Of a DNA stretch of 64,000 nt, positions 10,513 through 20,799 are shown one piece after another. How positions within the stretch are numbered: the first letter of the stretch is position 1; the number at the start of each line of letters is the position of its first letter. The stretch is from NCBI GenBank assembly GCA_029856145.1, contig JAHQWK010000004.1, forward strand, positions 180,641 through 244,640, given 5' to 3'. Both the position numbers and the translations under genes were made by a program. This DNA comes from Promethearchaeia archaeon. Lineage in GTDB: Archaea > Asgardarchaeota > Lokiarchaeia > Sigyniarchaeales > SOKP01. The notes beneath the pieces are model-generated. The model was not told the DNA's origin. It saw only the letters and a program-made list of their open reading frames with translations, and searched no databases.

Positions 10513-12195
10513 CTAATCCCTCATTTCTTTTGGAAGGGTTAAAACACCTGTAAGTGGATTATTTAAAGGATCCTGGCAATATTGAATTGTAAAATATATC
10601 AAATCATATAAGATGCTTGGATCCTCTCCGTTTTTTAATTTGTAATCATAAAGTGAAAGCTGATATTCTGCCTCTGTTATTGGCGGTTCGGCATAGCTTA
10701 CACTTCCAAATACGGACTGGAGCACTGGTTTTAAAAAGGGACTGTAGAGAAATCCTAACTCTTTCAATTCATCTTTTAAGTAGAAAAACATTCTCTGAAC
10801 TGCTTGCATCATATAACGTATCGGTTGATCTTTTGGTCCTAAATATTGCACTGCAAATTCTGGATCATATTGAGCAAGCTTCTCGTGACTAATATTAGGA
10901 GCAGGCCTAAATAAAGAAATCAACCCCCTCTCAATTGCTCCTTGACGATTTATTGCAATTGTTTCACTACCCGCATCAGGCACCCAAACTCCTTTTTCTA
11001 GCAATTTTCTTGCTTTATAGCACATAGCTTGAATCAGCATTCCGACTCCGATACGGCGACAAATAGAAATCTGCGCATCACTAATTCTAACTTCGATTGT
11101 CCCCCAATCCGTTAGTGGGAACACATCTTGAAATCTTCCGTCTTCTAAACTTGCTTTCTGGACAGTTTGAAGAAAGAAATTAACAGAATTCTCACTAAGA
11201 TCAGTTAAATAGGGAATATAATATTTTGGGTCATTCCCACTTAACATGGTAGTGTTATATTTTAAACGCAAAGATCTAGTGCAGTTTGGTGCAGTAATTC
11301 TTCTATTAATAATTTTTACCACATCAGTCGGTTTATTATTCAAAATCGGAGAATTACATGTAAGAGCAATAAGATGAGGTATAAAATTTCGAATCATACA
11401 ATATGCTTGAATTTTCTCTAATTCTGAATTAAAAGTACCTAAGTGCGAATGGTCAGCCTGGGAGACTCCGCGCATGTATTCCTTCGTCGCTGGATTAATT
11501 GCAGAAGCGATGATGTGCAGATCCTTGGGTAGTGTGGTTTTAGCTAATAAAAACAGAGTACTCGCCCAGTATGCTAACTCTTCAACATAAACACATGGAG
11601 GTGTTACAAGTTCTAATATATACGTAATTGCTGTGACATTTCCATCTCTAGCAAAAGTATCTATATCAACAGAACTATCTCCTAAAGCGTAACGTATATC
11701 CATAGCATACCCTTTTTCAAGATCATCTCGTCCCCAAGGTCTAGCTAAAACTTTTTGTCTAATATAGTCAGGTACTGGTAAAAAATCACTTCTCCCTTCA
11801 TATAATATGTCATCCATAATTTTAATGGCATCTTTTACAATTTCTTTCATTCGATAAACCATTTCTTCGCCGGGAGGATAATTACCATTGTCATCTGCTA
11901 TTATTAATTCCATTTCGATACCATGTGTAAATGGTAAAGGTGTCCAATGTTCTGTATCAGCAAGCATTTCCGCCCATGGTCTTTCAGGGATATAAACCTC
12001 TCGATAATCTGACCCGAGAAATAATTTATCACCAGATCTATCTATGTTATTTCCCAATGAAACCGCTTGTGCTGCTGCTTTACCTTTTTTAGTATATAGC
12101 TGGGAAAAAGTATCTACTTTCTGTCCAGATTTTTGTTTCTTCTTTTTCTCTTTCTTTTTCTCTTTCTTTTGCTTCTTTTTTTTGTCTTTTGCCAT
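10513..12195 (-). CDS. Glutamate-cysteine ligase family 2 (YbdK-like) carboxylate-amine ligase with Lys-rich N-terminus
   Basis: THGIEMELI, LELVTPP, HSHLG, ALTCNSP, GTIEVRISDAQ. Confidence 0.8.
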   Translation of the reverse strand: MAKDKKKKQKKEKKKEKKKKQKSGQKVDTFSQLYTKKGKAAAQAVSLGNNIDRSGDKLFLGSDYREVYIPERPWAEMLADTEHWTPLPFTHGIEMELIIADDNGNYPPGEEMVYRMKEIVKDAIKIMDDILYEGRSDFLPVPDYIRQKVLARPWGRDDLEKGYAMDIRYALGDSSVDIDTFARDGNVTAITYILELVTPPCVYVEELAYWASTLFLLAKTTLPKDLHIIASAINPATKEYMRGVSQADHSHLGTFNSELEKIQAYCMIRNFIPHLIALTCNSPILNNKPTDVVKIINRRITAPNCTRSLRLKYNTTMLSGNDPKYYIPYLTDLSENSVNFFLQTVQKASLEDGRFQDVFPLTDWGTIEVRISDAQISICRRIGVGMLIQAMCYKARKLLEKGVWVPDAGSETIAINRQGAIERGLISLFRPAPNISHEKLAQYDPEFAVQYLGPKDQPIRYMMQAVQRMFFYLKDELKELGFLYSPFLKPVLQSVFGSVSYAEPPITEAEYQLSLYDYKLKNGEDPSILYDLIYFTIQYCQDPLNNPLTGVLTLPKEMRD

Positions 12196-12309
12196 AAAAC
12201 CCTTCCCTTTTGATTGCTTTACACTATTTTCTAATTTAAAGATATCTTTTTATCTTTTACAATATATATAAAAAATTTTAATTTTAAATTTTAGGTAAAT
12301 CTCTTCATT

Positions 12310-14187
12310 TTAAAATAAAGATTGGATAAAAGTTTTAAAAATATTATAATCGTTGATAAATTCGTAGGAAAGGACTAAGTTGATGATTTTTGATTTGGCT
12401 GTTGGAAATATCTGTGAAAGCTCATTAGAGATTTTACCCCCTTTAAAAATAGAATCGTCTATTATCAAATTAATAGTATCTCCAACTTTTTTAATTTTTG
12501 AATAAAATCGATCGCTTAAATCGTGTTCAGACGATATTATAATTGTTGGTTTTCCTAAATATGGAATAAAGTCTAAATTAAAAATTAATACTTGACCGGG
12601 GACACTGCTGAGATTTTTAAAAAATTGTTTCAATGAAGCATTAAGGGTGTTTAACTCATTTTGGTTATAAATCTCTTTTGATGGAAAGACATAATACGCT
12701 ATTGATTTTTTTAGAGAATATTTCAAATCATTATATACACGATCTAATATTGGAAAAATGCTAAAATCAAAACTAAATAAAGATAAAAACGCAATTGGAA
12801 AATTGAAATCATTTACAAGAATATTACTGCTTACATTTCCACCAATTAAACTAAAATTTGTAATTTCCCTATTAACTTGAGAGATAAACGTATTCAATAA
12901 GAAATATTGAGAAAAAGCTAATGTAGCTTCAACTTTAGTTTGAATTTCATCTACCATTACATAAATAATATCGAATAGATTTTTTGTTAATTTTTCTTTA
13001 AGCTCTTGAATAGCAATAGTTTCAATAATAGAATGAGCTACTGTAGGACTATCAAATTCAGCAAGAGCATTAATTGCGTCCTTTATAAACTCATAAGATT
13101 GTTTTCTTAATTTTCTATTTTCTAGGTTGTTGCTATATGAATTATGGCTTAATTGAATGATTAAATTAAAAATTTTAATTACTTCAGATTGAGAATTCTG
13201 ACCATATAACTTTTTCGCTATATTAAACAAAACTCTTGTCTTTAGAAAATCATTATCTATTTGCTCTACTAATTTCTGAGCTGATAAGGGATTAGATTCA
13301 ATTACTTTACTAAATATAATGCTTATAAGATCTTCTTTAATAGAAGGATTTTGAATTAAAGATCCAGTTCTAATTGCTTGTTCAGGATTCACTAAAACTT
13401 GATCTAAAGCTAATAATTTCAATATCTTTTGTTGGAGATCTAAATCTTGTAAATTTCGAGCTACTTGGACCATTTGATTAAAATCTTTTGAGGCATAAGC
13501 TCGAATTAAATTTGTATATAAATTAATTTGTTCAGTCTTGTTGGATAGCATTAATGCGAACTCTAAAGCTTTTAGAGGATTATTAATTGAAAGATAACCT
13601 TTTGCTAACTGCTTTATATAAGCATCTATTTTTTCAAGCAGTTGAGAAGTCGACGAACCCATAGATCGTGCCGAATTGAATTCCTCTCTCAAAATTTTTA
13701 ACTGTTGTTCTGCCTTTTTTATTGCATTTTGATCCATATTAATGAAATAATCTTCTGAATTAAACATTTCAACCTTTTCTGTAATGGTAAAAGCATAATT
13801 TTTTAAAATTGCGTTCATTTTGCTAACTGGGACAACCCCTCTGACTTTTTGTACTTTTACCTTATATTCAGTAATCTTAAGCCAATTTACATTAATAATT
13901 AATTTACCAAAACCATCAGCAGTTGGCTCTAACTTTAATGTTATATCCTTGGTTTCTCCCGGACCAAATTCTATATGGGTGTTAAATTCTTCGGGTTGTA
14001 ATCTAATGTTTAAGTTTTCTCCCTCAAAATCGAATTTAAATGTCTCTTTTTTGCTTGAAGTGTTTACCGTCTGAATTTTGATCTCATTATCAATACCGGT
14101 AATTAATAAATTTTGCGGGAATTTTGTTATATTTAAAGAGATGATTTTATCTGCGTTTGACATAATTCGAAGGTTCTTCTTGTTCAC
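12310..14187 (-). CDS. Hypothetical protein: Ig-like N-terminus and helical-repeat middle
   Basis: 625-aa ORF co-oriented with the ligase; likely start is the ATG of MSNADK. Confidence 0.6.
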   Translation of the reverse strand: MNKKNLRIMSNADKIISLNITKFPQNLLITGIDNEIKIQTVNTSSKKETFKFDFEGENLNIRLQPEEFNTHIEFGPGETKDITLKLEPTADGFGKLIINVNWLKITEYKVKVQKVRGVVPVSKMNAILKNYAFTITEKVEMFNSEDYFINMDQNAIKKAEQQLKILREEFNSARSMGSSTSQLLEKIDAYIKQLAKGYLSINNPLKALEFALMLSNKTEQINLYTNLIRAYASKDFNQMVQVARNLQDLDLQQKILKLLALDQVLVNPEQAIRTGSLIQNPSIKEDLISIIFSKVIESNPLSAQKLVEQIDNDFLKTRVLFNIAKKLYGQNSQSEVIKIFNLIIQLSHNSYSNNLENRKLRKQSYEFIKDAINALAEFDSPTVAHSIIETIAIQELKEKLTKNLFDIIYVMVDEIQTKVEATLAFSQYFLLNTFISQVNREITNFSLIGGNVSSNILVNDFNFPIAFLSLFSFDFSIFPILDRVYNDLKYSLKKSIAYYVFPSKEIYNQNELNTLNASLKQFFKNLSSVPGQVLIFNLDFIPYLGKPTIIISSEHDLSDRFYSKIKKVGDTINLIIDDSIFKGGKISNELSQIFPTAKSKIINLVLSYEFINDYNIFKTFIQSLF

Positions 14188-14286
14188 TTTATTAATACTA
14201 ATCCAAAATATCTCATTATTTTTTAGGTTTAATAATTAATAATGGATTAACTAGTTTAGGTTTAATTAACAAAAAGCAATGAAGTT

Positions 14287-15054
14287 TTATTTTCCCATTC
14301 TTCGATTTCTTCTTAAATAATCTTCTATATCTTCAATTACCATTTCTTTATTATAATCAGGCCATAAATCCTCTCTAAATTTAAATTCAGCATAAGAAGA
14401 ATCCCATAACAAAAATCCTGAGATTCTTGCTCCATCATCCATTCCAGTTCTAATGATGTAATCTACTGGAGGGAAATTTTTCGTATAAAGATATTTTTTA
14501 ATTAAATCCGTATTTACATCTTCTGGATTAACACCATCACTGATTATTTCCTTTACAGCGTCGACTATTTCTTCATGACCATCATACATAATACAAAGGT
14601 TTATGAAATTTTGGTCATGTTTCTTAGTAAATTCAATTAATTCTTCAATTTTTTTCTTTGCATTCTCTGGTAACATTGATATCCTACCAATAACATTGAA
14701 TTTAACTTTTTCTTCTTTGACAATCGATTCATTTATTACCGTATCGACTGCTTTAATCACTATCTTATAAATATACTCAAGTTCCTCAGGTTTACGTTTT
14801 TTCACATTTTCAAGTGATAAAATATACAAACTTAAATATTGGATCCCCGCATCAAAAAAATCAAATAGCCTCTTTTTGAGGTTTTCATATCCGACTAGAT
14901 GACCAAAATTGATATCAAGGTTTCTTTTTTTCGCCCATCGTCTGTTTTTGGTTAAAGGGGGAAATCCCTTTTAAATACCATCAATGATGAGCCCGATATG
15001 CTTAGGTAACCTATCTTTTCCAGTTTTTTTTAATTCTTCTAAAGTAGTGACCAT
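14287..15054 (-). CDS. uppS: cis-prenyltransferase (undecaprenyl diphosphate synthase family), split by a 30-nt intron; 245 aa spliced
   Basis: Exon 1 MVTT...PKHIGLIIDG; exon 2 NRRWAKK...SLEN...IRTG..RISGFLLW..SYAE; in-frame TAA at 14971-14973 lies within the insertion. Confidence 0.92.
14946..14975 (-). other. Putative bulge-helix-bulge mRNA intron in uppS (30 nt)
   Basis: TTTAAAAGGGATTTCCCCCTTTAACCAAAA hairpin; removal gives GAT GGT AAC AGA CGA TGG (DGNRRW). Confidence 0.85.
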
Positions 15055-15189
15055 CTAACCAATTAAAAAGTTGTATTATTTTTAATATTAATATTAAATA
15101 TTAGAGTTATTAATTTTATCTAAAAATTTTTTATTATATAAATTTATGATTTAAACTCTTACCAACTTAACATCGTTGATTGGGTTTAT

Positions 15190-15431
15190 TTTTTTAGAAC
15201 AATCAGGAGGAATTTTAAATTTATAAGCGATTATCTCATCTTTCATTGACATGTCTAGCTTTTCCTCTGCCTCATAATAGATTCAATTTCATCAAAAGTG
15301 CTTATCTCATCGATGTTGATATTCAGCAATAAGAATGCATACTGAATGAACCTTGCACGAGAGATATAAATTACTGTCTCCTCATCTTCGAAGCGAAGTG
15401 ATAAATATTCATTTACTATAAATTCTTGCAT
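15190..15431 (-). pseudogene. Frameshifted N-terminal fragment of a Loki-type LRR-associated protein family
   Basis: MQEFIVNEYLSLRFEDEETVIYI...FDEIESI continues in another frame as EAEEKLDMSMKD...KIPPD, then decays. Confidence 0.55.
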
Positions 15432-15705
15432 GTTTTCTTTGAGTAGGTTTTTCAATATTATAATATTACCTATTTAAATTGAACGACTCCACAAATTTAA
15501 ATCATTATCCTCATAATTAATGATAAGTGAGATAATCATATGACAAATCTTTAGATTATTACTCTTCATACTCTTATTATTCGAAATTATCATTCATATC
15601 ATTAATTTTAAATACTATTTTGCAATACTTTGGTTTAATTAGATAAGTTTTTGAATAAATAAATATTACATTAAAGAAAAAAAAAGAAATTCAGAGATAC
15701 GGTTA

Positions 15706-17382
15706 ATGCTTTCTAACGATTATTTATTTTCGAACATTGGAATTGATTCTCTATCGTTTTTTTCGCCCAGAACTTATGTTGATTTACGTGAACTTGCGAG
15801 AGAACGGAATGTAGATCCTAATAAATATACTAAGGGTCTTCTGTCTAAGGAGATTCGAATACCTGAAGTTGATGAAGATGTTGTTTCTTTAGGTTTAAAA
15901 GCAGGTTATAATACCTTACAAAGAGGTGGTATCTCTCCTAAGAGTATTGATGCTTTGTTTTTTGGAAACGAAACTATAACATATAGTGTCAAGTCGATCT
16001 CTAACATTTTTGCCGAAATGTTAGATATTTCTCCTAATTCGATTACTCAAGACATATATAATGCTTGTGCAGGCGGAACAATAGCAATTCTTAACGCTAT
16101 AGGTTTAATTGAAAACAATATTATTAATAAAGCCCTCATTATAAGTGCTGATATCTCATCATATCGTATAGGTTCGCCCGGTGAGCCAACACAAGGTTCA
16201 GGAGCTATTGGATTGGTTATCTCGAAAAATCCTCGAATAGCTAAATTTAGTAAAAATTTTGGAAAGATATCAGGTAATGTTAATGACTTTTTCAGACTTC
16301 CAAATGATAAAAATGCACAAGCATATGGTAAATATTCTCAAGAGGCTTATTTTAAATTCCAGCTTGGTGCATATGATGATTTAATCAAACATATTGGGGA
16401 TTTTCATGCAGATTTCTATACATTTCATGCACCATACTCGAAACTTCCGATAAAGATAATGCAACAAATAATACTAAAGCGTTGGATTAAACATATATAT
16501 GAACTACCTAAATTTGAGAGAAAAGCGATTAGATCATCCATACTTACGAAGCTTGATCATTTTCTACATGATGTAACCGTATTACCAGAATATCTTTATT
16601 TAAAACTAAAAGAAAGAGGATATTCTTCCCCCACTTTAGAGAAATTTTCATATTGGGTGAACACAAATGTAAAAGAACGAGTACTTCCTCAACTAAATGT
16701 TCCAATGCACTTTGGTAACATGTATAATGCTTCGCTTTGGGCTCAAGTCCTTTACCTTCTCGAAAACCATGCTCGTGTTGATGATACAATTTATTTTGGT
16801 TCATACGGCTCGGGAGCGACTTGTATTTCAGGGCTTCTAAAAGTTCAAGATGATTTTAAGAAAATTATTCAGAATGGTCCTCACATTGATGACTTTATAA
16901 ATATGAAAAAGAGAAAAAGCGTTCAAGAATACGAATTAATAAAGAATGGTACTACTAAACCAAAGATTTTATTGGGTTATATTGTTGAACATGAACAAAA
17001 TAATGAAAGAGGCTTTACCCTTCATTACTGTGATGATGGGTGCCTTATCCCGAATATAAAAGGATTAGATCACTGTCCGAAAGGGCATTCAGGATATCAT
17101 AAACGGTTTTTCCCTCTCTTTGCGAAGTTGAATAGCGATCCAATTGCTCAATCAGATATCAATGATCTCAAATATTTAAAAGAAGGGTTAGTAAGAGTAG
17201 CTAGTAATGTAAAAAAAGGCAGTGCTTTAGAGTATGAAATAAGAAGAGTTGAGAATGAAAACGAGGGAAATCTAAACGCAAAAGGATTATTAAATTGGAG
17301 TCCTATATATTTGCCAATATCAGAAAAATATTTAATAAAAAGAGATAATCAAATCGAAGATCTGCCTATTGTTCTTGAATAA
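15706..17382 (+). CDS. mvaS: HMG-CoA synthase with C-terminal DUF35-like extension
   Basis: ED, GNET, NACAGG (catalytic Cys), GEPTQGSGA, FHAPY, GNMYNAS. Confidence 0.9.
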   Translation: MLSNDYLFSNIGIDSLSFFSPRTYVDLRELARERNVDPNKYTKGLLSKEIRIPEVDEDVVSLGLKAGYNTLQRGGISPKSIDALFFGNETITYSVKSISNIFAEMLDISPNSITQDIYNACAGGTIAILNAIGLIENNIINKALIISADISSYRIGSPGEPTQGSGAIGLVISKNPRIAKFSKNFGKISGNVNDFFRLPNDKNAQAYGKYSQEAYFKFQLGAYDDLIKHIGDFHADFYTFHAPYSKLPIKIMQQIILKRWIKHIYELPKFERKAIRSSILTKLDHFLHDVTVLPEYLYLKLKERGYSSPTLEKFSYWVNTNVKERVLPQLNVPMHFGNMYNASLWAQVLYLLENHARVDDTIYFGSYGSGATCISGLLKVQDDFKKIIQNGPHIDDFINMKKRKSVQEYELIKNGTTKPKILLGYIVEHEQNNERGFTLHYCDDGCLIPNIKGLDHCPKGHSGYHKRFFPLFAKLNSDPIAQSDINDLKYLKEGLVRVASNVKKGSALEYEIRRVENENEGNLNAKGLLNWSPIYLPISEKYLIKRDNQIEDLPIVLE

Positions 17383-17435
17383 TAAGATACTACTACTTTT
17401 TTATCCTCATAACTAATTTTACATCCGCATTCAAT

Positions 17436-17996
17436 TTATTCATCTCCCCACCTCTTAATGTCACTTTCCACCCCAATTTGGTCAAGAATCCTCCCTACAG
17501 TATGATCGATAAGTTCATCAACGGATTCTGGATTAATGTAATAAGAAGGAATTGGGGGTGCAATTACAACACCTAAATTTGCTAGTTTAAGCATATTCTC
17601 TAAATGTATTGGACTTAATGGACTTTCCCTTACAATAAGAATTAGTTTTCGTTTTTCTTTTATTGTTACATCCGCAGCTCTTGTAATTAAATTATCAGAA
17701 TAACCATTAGCTATTGATGCTAAAGTTTTCATAGTACAAGGAACAATGATCATTCCATCAGTTTTATACGAACCACTAGCAGGTGGAGCAGTCAAATCAT
17801 TTACATCATAATAAGTTGTAGCTAATTGTTGAATATCAGTAATTCTTATGTTAGCTTCACTTAAAAGAACTAGTTCAGCTGCTTTAGATATGATTAATTC
17901 AGTTTCAATATTTTTTTCTTTTAAATAATTTAATAATTTCACTGCAATTGATATACCTGAGGCACCAGTTATCGCAATAAGAATCATAATTCTCAC
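17436..17996 (-). CDS. ubiX: Flavin prenyltransferase
   Basis: AITGASG, ASGS, PCTMKTLASIANGYSDNLITRAADV, RESPL. Confidence 0.95.
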   Translation of the reverse strand: MRIMILIAITGASGISIAVKLLNYLKEKNIETELIISKAAELVLLSEANIRITDIQQLATTYYDVNDLTAPPASGSYKTDGMIIVPCTMKTLASIANGYSDNLITRAADVTIKEKRKLILIVRESPLSPIHLENMLKLANLGVVIAPPIPSYYINPESVDELIDHTVGRILDQIGVESDIKRWGDE

Positions 17997-18114
17997 AGAT
18001 ATTTGATTGTAAATTTAAATTTCTTCTAAGTATTAATTAATTAGGAATAATAATTATTTTTTGTATTAATTGTAAAAATGTATAATAAAAAATACTTTTC
18101 TAAGATAAAATCGA

Positions 18115-19404
18115 TTGTTAATTATGAGTGGATATAATTCTGAAATTTCTGGTTTTTATAAATTATCAATAAAAAAACGCAGAGAACTATTATCTGAACT
18201 TATTAATTTTAATGAAAATGATATAAAACTTCTGGAGAATTTAGGTTACTTTACAGAAACTCAAATTGATACCTTTATAGAGAATGTAATTGGTTCTTAT
18301 CAATTACCAATTGGAATTGCTTGTAATTTTAAAGTAAACAATAAGGACTATTTAATCCCTATGGTTATTGAAGAACCTTCAGTTGTAGCAGCAGCCTCAA
18401 ATGCAGCAAAAATAGCTAGAAAACATGGAGGTTTTCACTCTGAGAATGTTAAATCAGTAATGATCTCTCAAATTCAAATAACTAACGTAAAAGATATTGA
18501 ATCTGCTAAAAGGAAATTAGAAGAAAATAAGGAAAGCATTTTAAAATACGCAAATGAAAAAGATCCTCTCTTAATAAAATTAGGTGGCGGAGCTTTTGAT
18601 TTTGAAATTCGAGAGTTAACAACGAGAAGAGGAGAGATGTTGATTGTTCATTTATTAGTTGATGTTTTAGATGCCATGGGGGCGAATGTGGTAAATACTA
18701 TGGCTGAAACCATTAGTCCGTATATAGAAGAAATATCTGGAGGCAAGATATATCTTAGAATTGTATCCAATTTGGCAACTCATCGAATAGCGAAAAGTAA
18801 AGCAACATTTGATAAGGATTTATTAGGTGGAGACGAAGTAGTAGAAGGGATCTTAAATGCATATGAATTTGCACTAGCAGATCCTTATAGAGCTACAACC
18901 CATAATAAAGGAATAATGAATGGAATTATAGCTTTAACGATGGCTACAGGAAACGATACGCGAGCTATTGAATCTGGGGCACACGCATATGCTGCATTGA
19001 ATGGACAATATTCTCCATTAACCAAATTTCAGATTGATTCTAATGGAAATTTAGTAGGAGAAATAGAAGTCCCTCTTGCTCTAGGCATTATTGGAGGGAT
19101 GACTAAAATACATCCTATGGCTCGACTAACTTTAAAAATTTTAAATATCAAAAGTGCAAATGAACTTTCTCAAGTAGCAGCTGCGCTTGGTTTAGCTCAA
19201 AATGTGGCCGCCTTAAGAGCCTTAGCTTCAGAAGGAATCCAAGAAGGTCACATGGTTCTCCATTCGAGAAATATTGCAAAACTTGCAGGCGTACCTGAAA
19301 AGTTAATAGAAAAAGTAGCAAGCAAATTAGTAGAAGATAAGAAAATTAGAGTTGACCATGCGAAAGAAATTTTAAAAAGAATACTTAATAATGAAAACCT
19401 TTAG
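18115..19404 (+). CDS. mvaA: HMG-CoA reductase, class II
   Basis: IENVIG, EEPSVVAAAS, DAMGANVVNT, RATTHNKGIMNG, EGIQEGHMVLH. Confidence 0.95.
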   Translation: MLIMSGYNSEISGFYKLSIKKRRELLSELINFNENDIKLLENLGYFTETQIDTFIENVIGSYQLPIGIACNFKVNNKDYLIPMVIEEPSVVAAASNAAKIARKHGGFHSENVKSVMISQIQITNVKDIESAKRKLEENKESILKYANEKDPLLIKLGGGAFDFEIRELTTRRGEMLIVHLLVDVLDAMGANVVNTMAETISPYIEEISGGKIYLRIVSNLATHRIAKSKATFDKDLLGGDEVVEGILNAYEFALADPYRATTHNKGIMNGIIALTMATGNDTRAIESGAHAYAALNGQYSPLTKFQIDSNGNLVGEIEVPLALGIIGGMTKIHPMARLTLKILNIKSANELSQVAAALGLAQNVAALRALASEGIQEGHMVLHSRNIAKLAGVPEKLIEKVASKLVEDKKIRVDHAKEILKRILNNENL

Positions 19405-19471
19405 TTTTATAAAATTTGTTTCTGTAACTCAAAATATTAGTCAATTAGATCGAAATAAGTTTATGAGATGA

Positions 19472-20782
19472 ATGAAATTTATGGGCTTTAGAGAATATAT
19501 AAATCAAATTGATGAAGAAGGTCTTCTTCGAAAGGTTGAAATTGAAGTATCGAAAAATTTAGAGATTCCCGGAATTTTGAAAGAGATTGAACCAACTCCA
19601 GTTATGTTTAATCATGTTAGAGAATCGGAATTTCGTGTAATTGGTAATGTTTTCTGTACTAAAAATGTAATTGCTTCATATTTCGGTGTTACTCCTGCAG
19701 ATCTCATACCAATGCTCTCAAAAGCGATTTCAGAACGTTCAGAACCAGAAGTTGTTTCTAGGGCTCCTTGTCAAGAAGTCATTGAATCAGGAGTTGATTT
19801 AGATAATCTTCCAATTTTATTCCATTGTGAAAAAGATGGTGGAAATTATATTAGTTCTGCTGTTGTTATTACTCGAGATCCTGATTATGGACAAAATATG
19901 GATTTTCATCGAGCAATGCAATTTTCAAAAGGAAAATTTTCAACTCGAATAGTAAGGGGTCGTCATTTTCACAAATTTTTAGAAAAAAATGGTGAATTAG
20001 ACGTAGCTTTTTGTATAGGAAATACTCCAAACATTCTAATTGCTGGAGCAACTTCTGTAGATATTGGAGTTGATGAATTACAAATAGCAAATGCATTAGA
20101 ACCTATTAAAGTAGTTAAAGCAAGTTCAGTAGATCTTCTAATACCTGCAGAAGCAGAATTCATTTTAGAAGGACGTGTTTATTTAGAAGAAAAACATTCA
20201 GAAGGTCCTTTTGTTGATCTAACTGAGACCTATGACACGATTAGAGAAGAACCCGTCTTTGAAGTAAAAAAAATCACTCATAGAAAAGATGCGATTTGGC
20301 AAGCTTTATTACCAGGTGCACTTGAACATAAAATATTAATGGGGATGCCTCGAGAGCCAACTATATTTAATAAAGTAAAGGAAGCAGGAGTAAAGTGTTT
20401 AGATGTAAATGTAAATCCTGGAGGTTGTTCATGGTTACATGCAATAGTCCAGATTGATAAAAAAACAGAAGAAGACGGGAAAAAAGCGATATTTGGTACC
20501 TTTACAGGGCATAGAAGTTGTAAACATGTTTTTATTGTTGATAAAGATATTAATATTTATGATCCTCTCTCTGTAGAATGGGCGATGGCAACTCGCTTCC
20601 AAGGAGATACCAGAATGATAGTGAAAAATAAAGAACCAGGCAGTAGTTTGGACCCCAGTGCTGAACCAAGCAGTAAGTTAACTACCAAAATTGGGTTTGA
20701 TTTAACTAAACCACTTGTCGTTAAAGGAAAGAGTTTTGATATTGCAGAATTTCCAAAAGTTGATCTGAACAAATATTTTTAA
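19472..20782 (+). CDS. UbiD-family decarboxylase, probably anhydromevalonate phosphate decarboxylase
   Basis: DGGNYI, EGPFVD, VEWAMATR, SSLDPS; mevalonate operon context. Confidence 0.9.
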   Translation: MKFMGFREYINQIDEEGLLRKVEIEVSKNLEIPGILKEIEPTPVMFNHVRESEFRVIGNVFCTKNVIASYFGVTPADLIPMLSKAISERSEPEVVSRAPCQEVIESGVDLDNLPILFHCEKDGGNYISSAVVITRDPDYGQNMDFHRAMQFSKGKFSTRIVRGRHFHKFLEKNGELDVAFCIGNTPNILIAGATSVDIGVDELQIANALEPIKVVKASSVDLLIPAEAEFILEGRVYLEEKHSEGPFVDLTETYDTIREEPVFEVKKITHRKDAIWQALLPGALEHKILMGMPREPTIFNKVKEAGVKCLDVNVNPGGCSWLHAIVQIDKKTEEDGKKAIFGTFTGHRSCKHVFIVDKDINIYDPLSVEWAMATRFQGDTRMIVKNKEPGSSLDPSAEPSSKLTTKIGFDLTKPLVVKGKSFDIAEFPKVDLNKYF

Positions 20783-20799
20783 GATGAGGAAAGGAAAAA

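Noticed and set aside
14946-14975. uppS and mvk breaks as sequencing errors, frameshifting or readthrough
   Set aside because: Both are 30-31 nt structured insertions; recoding would leave about 10 extra residues inside active-site motifs
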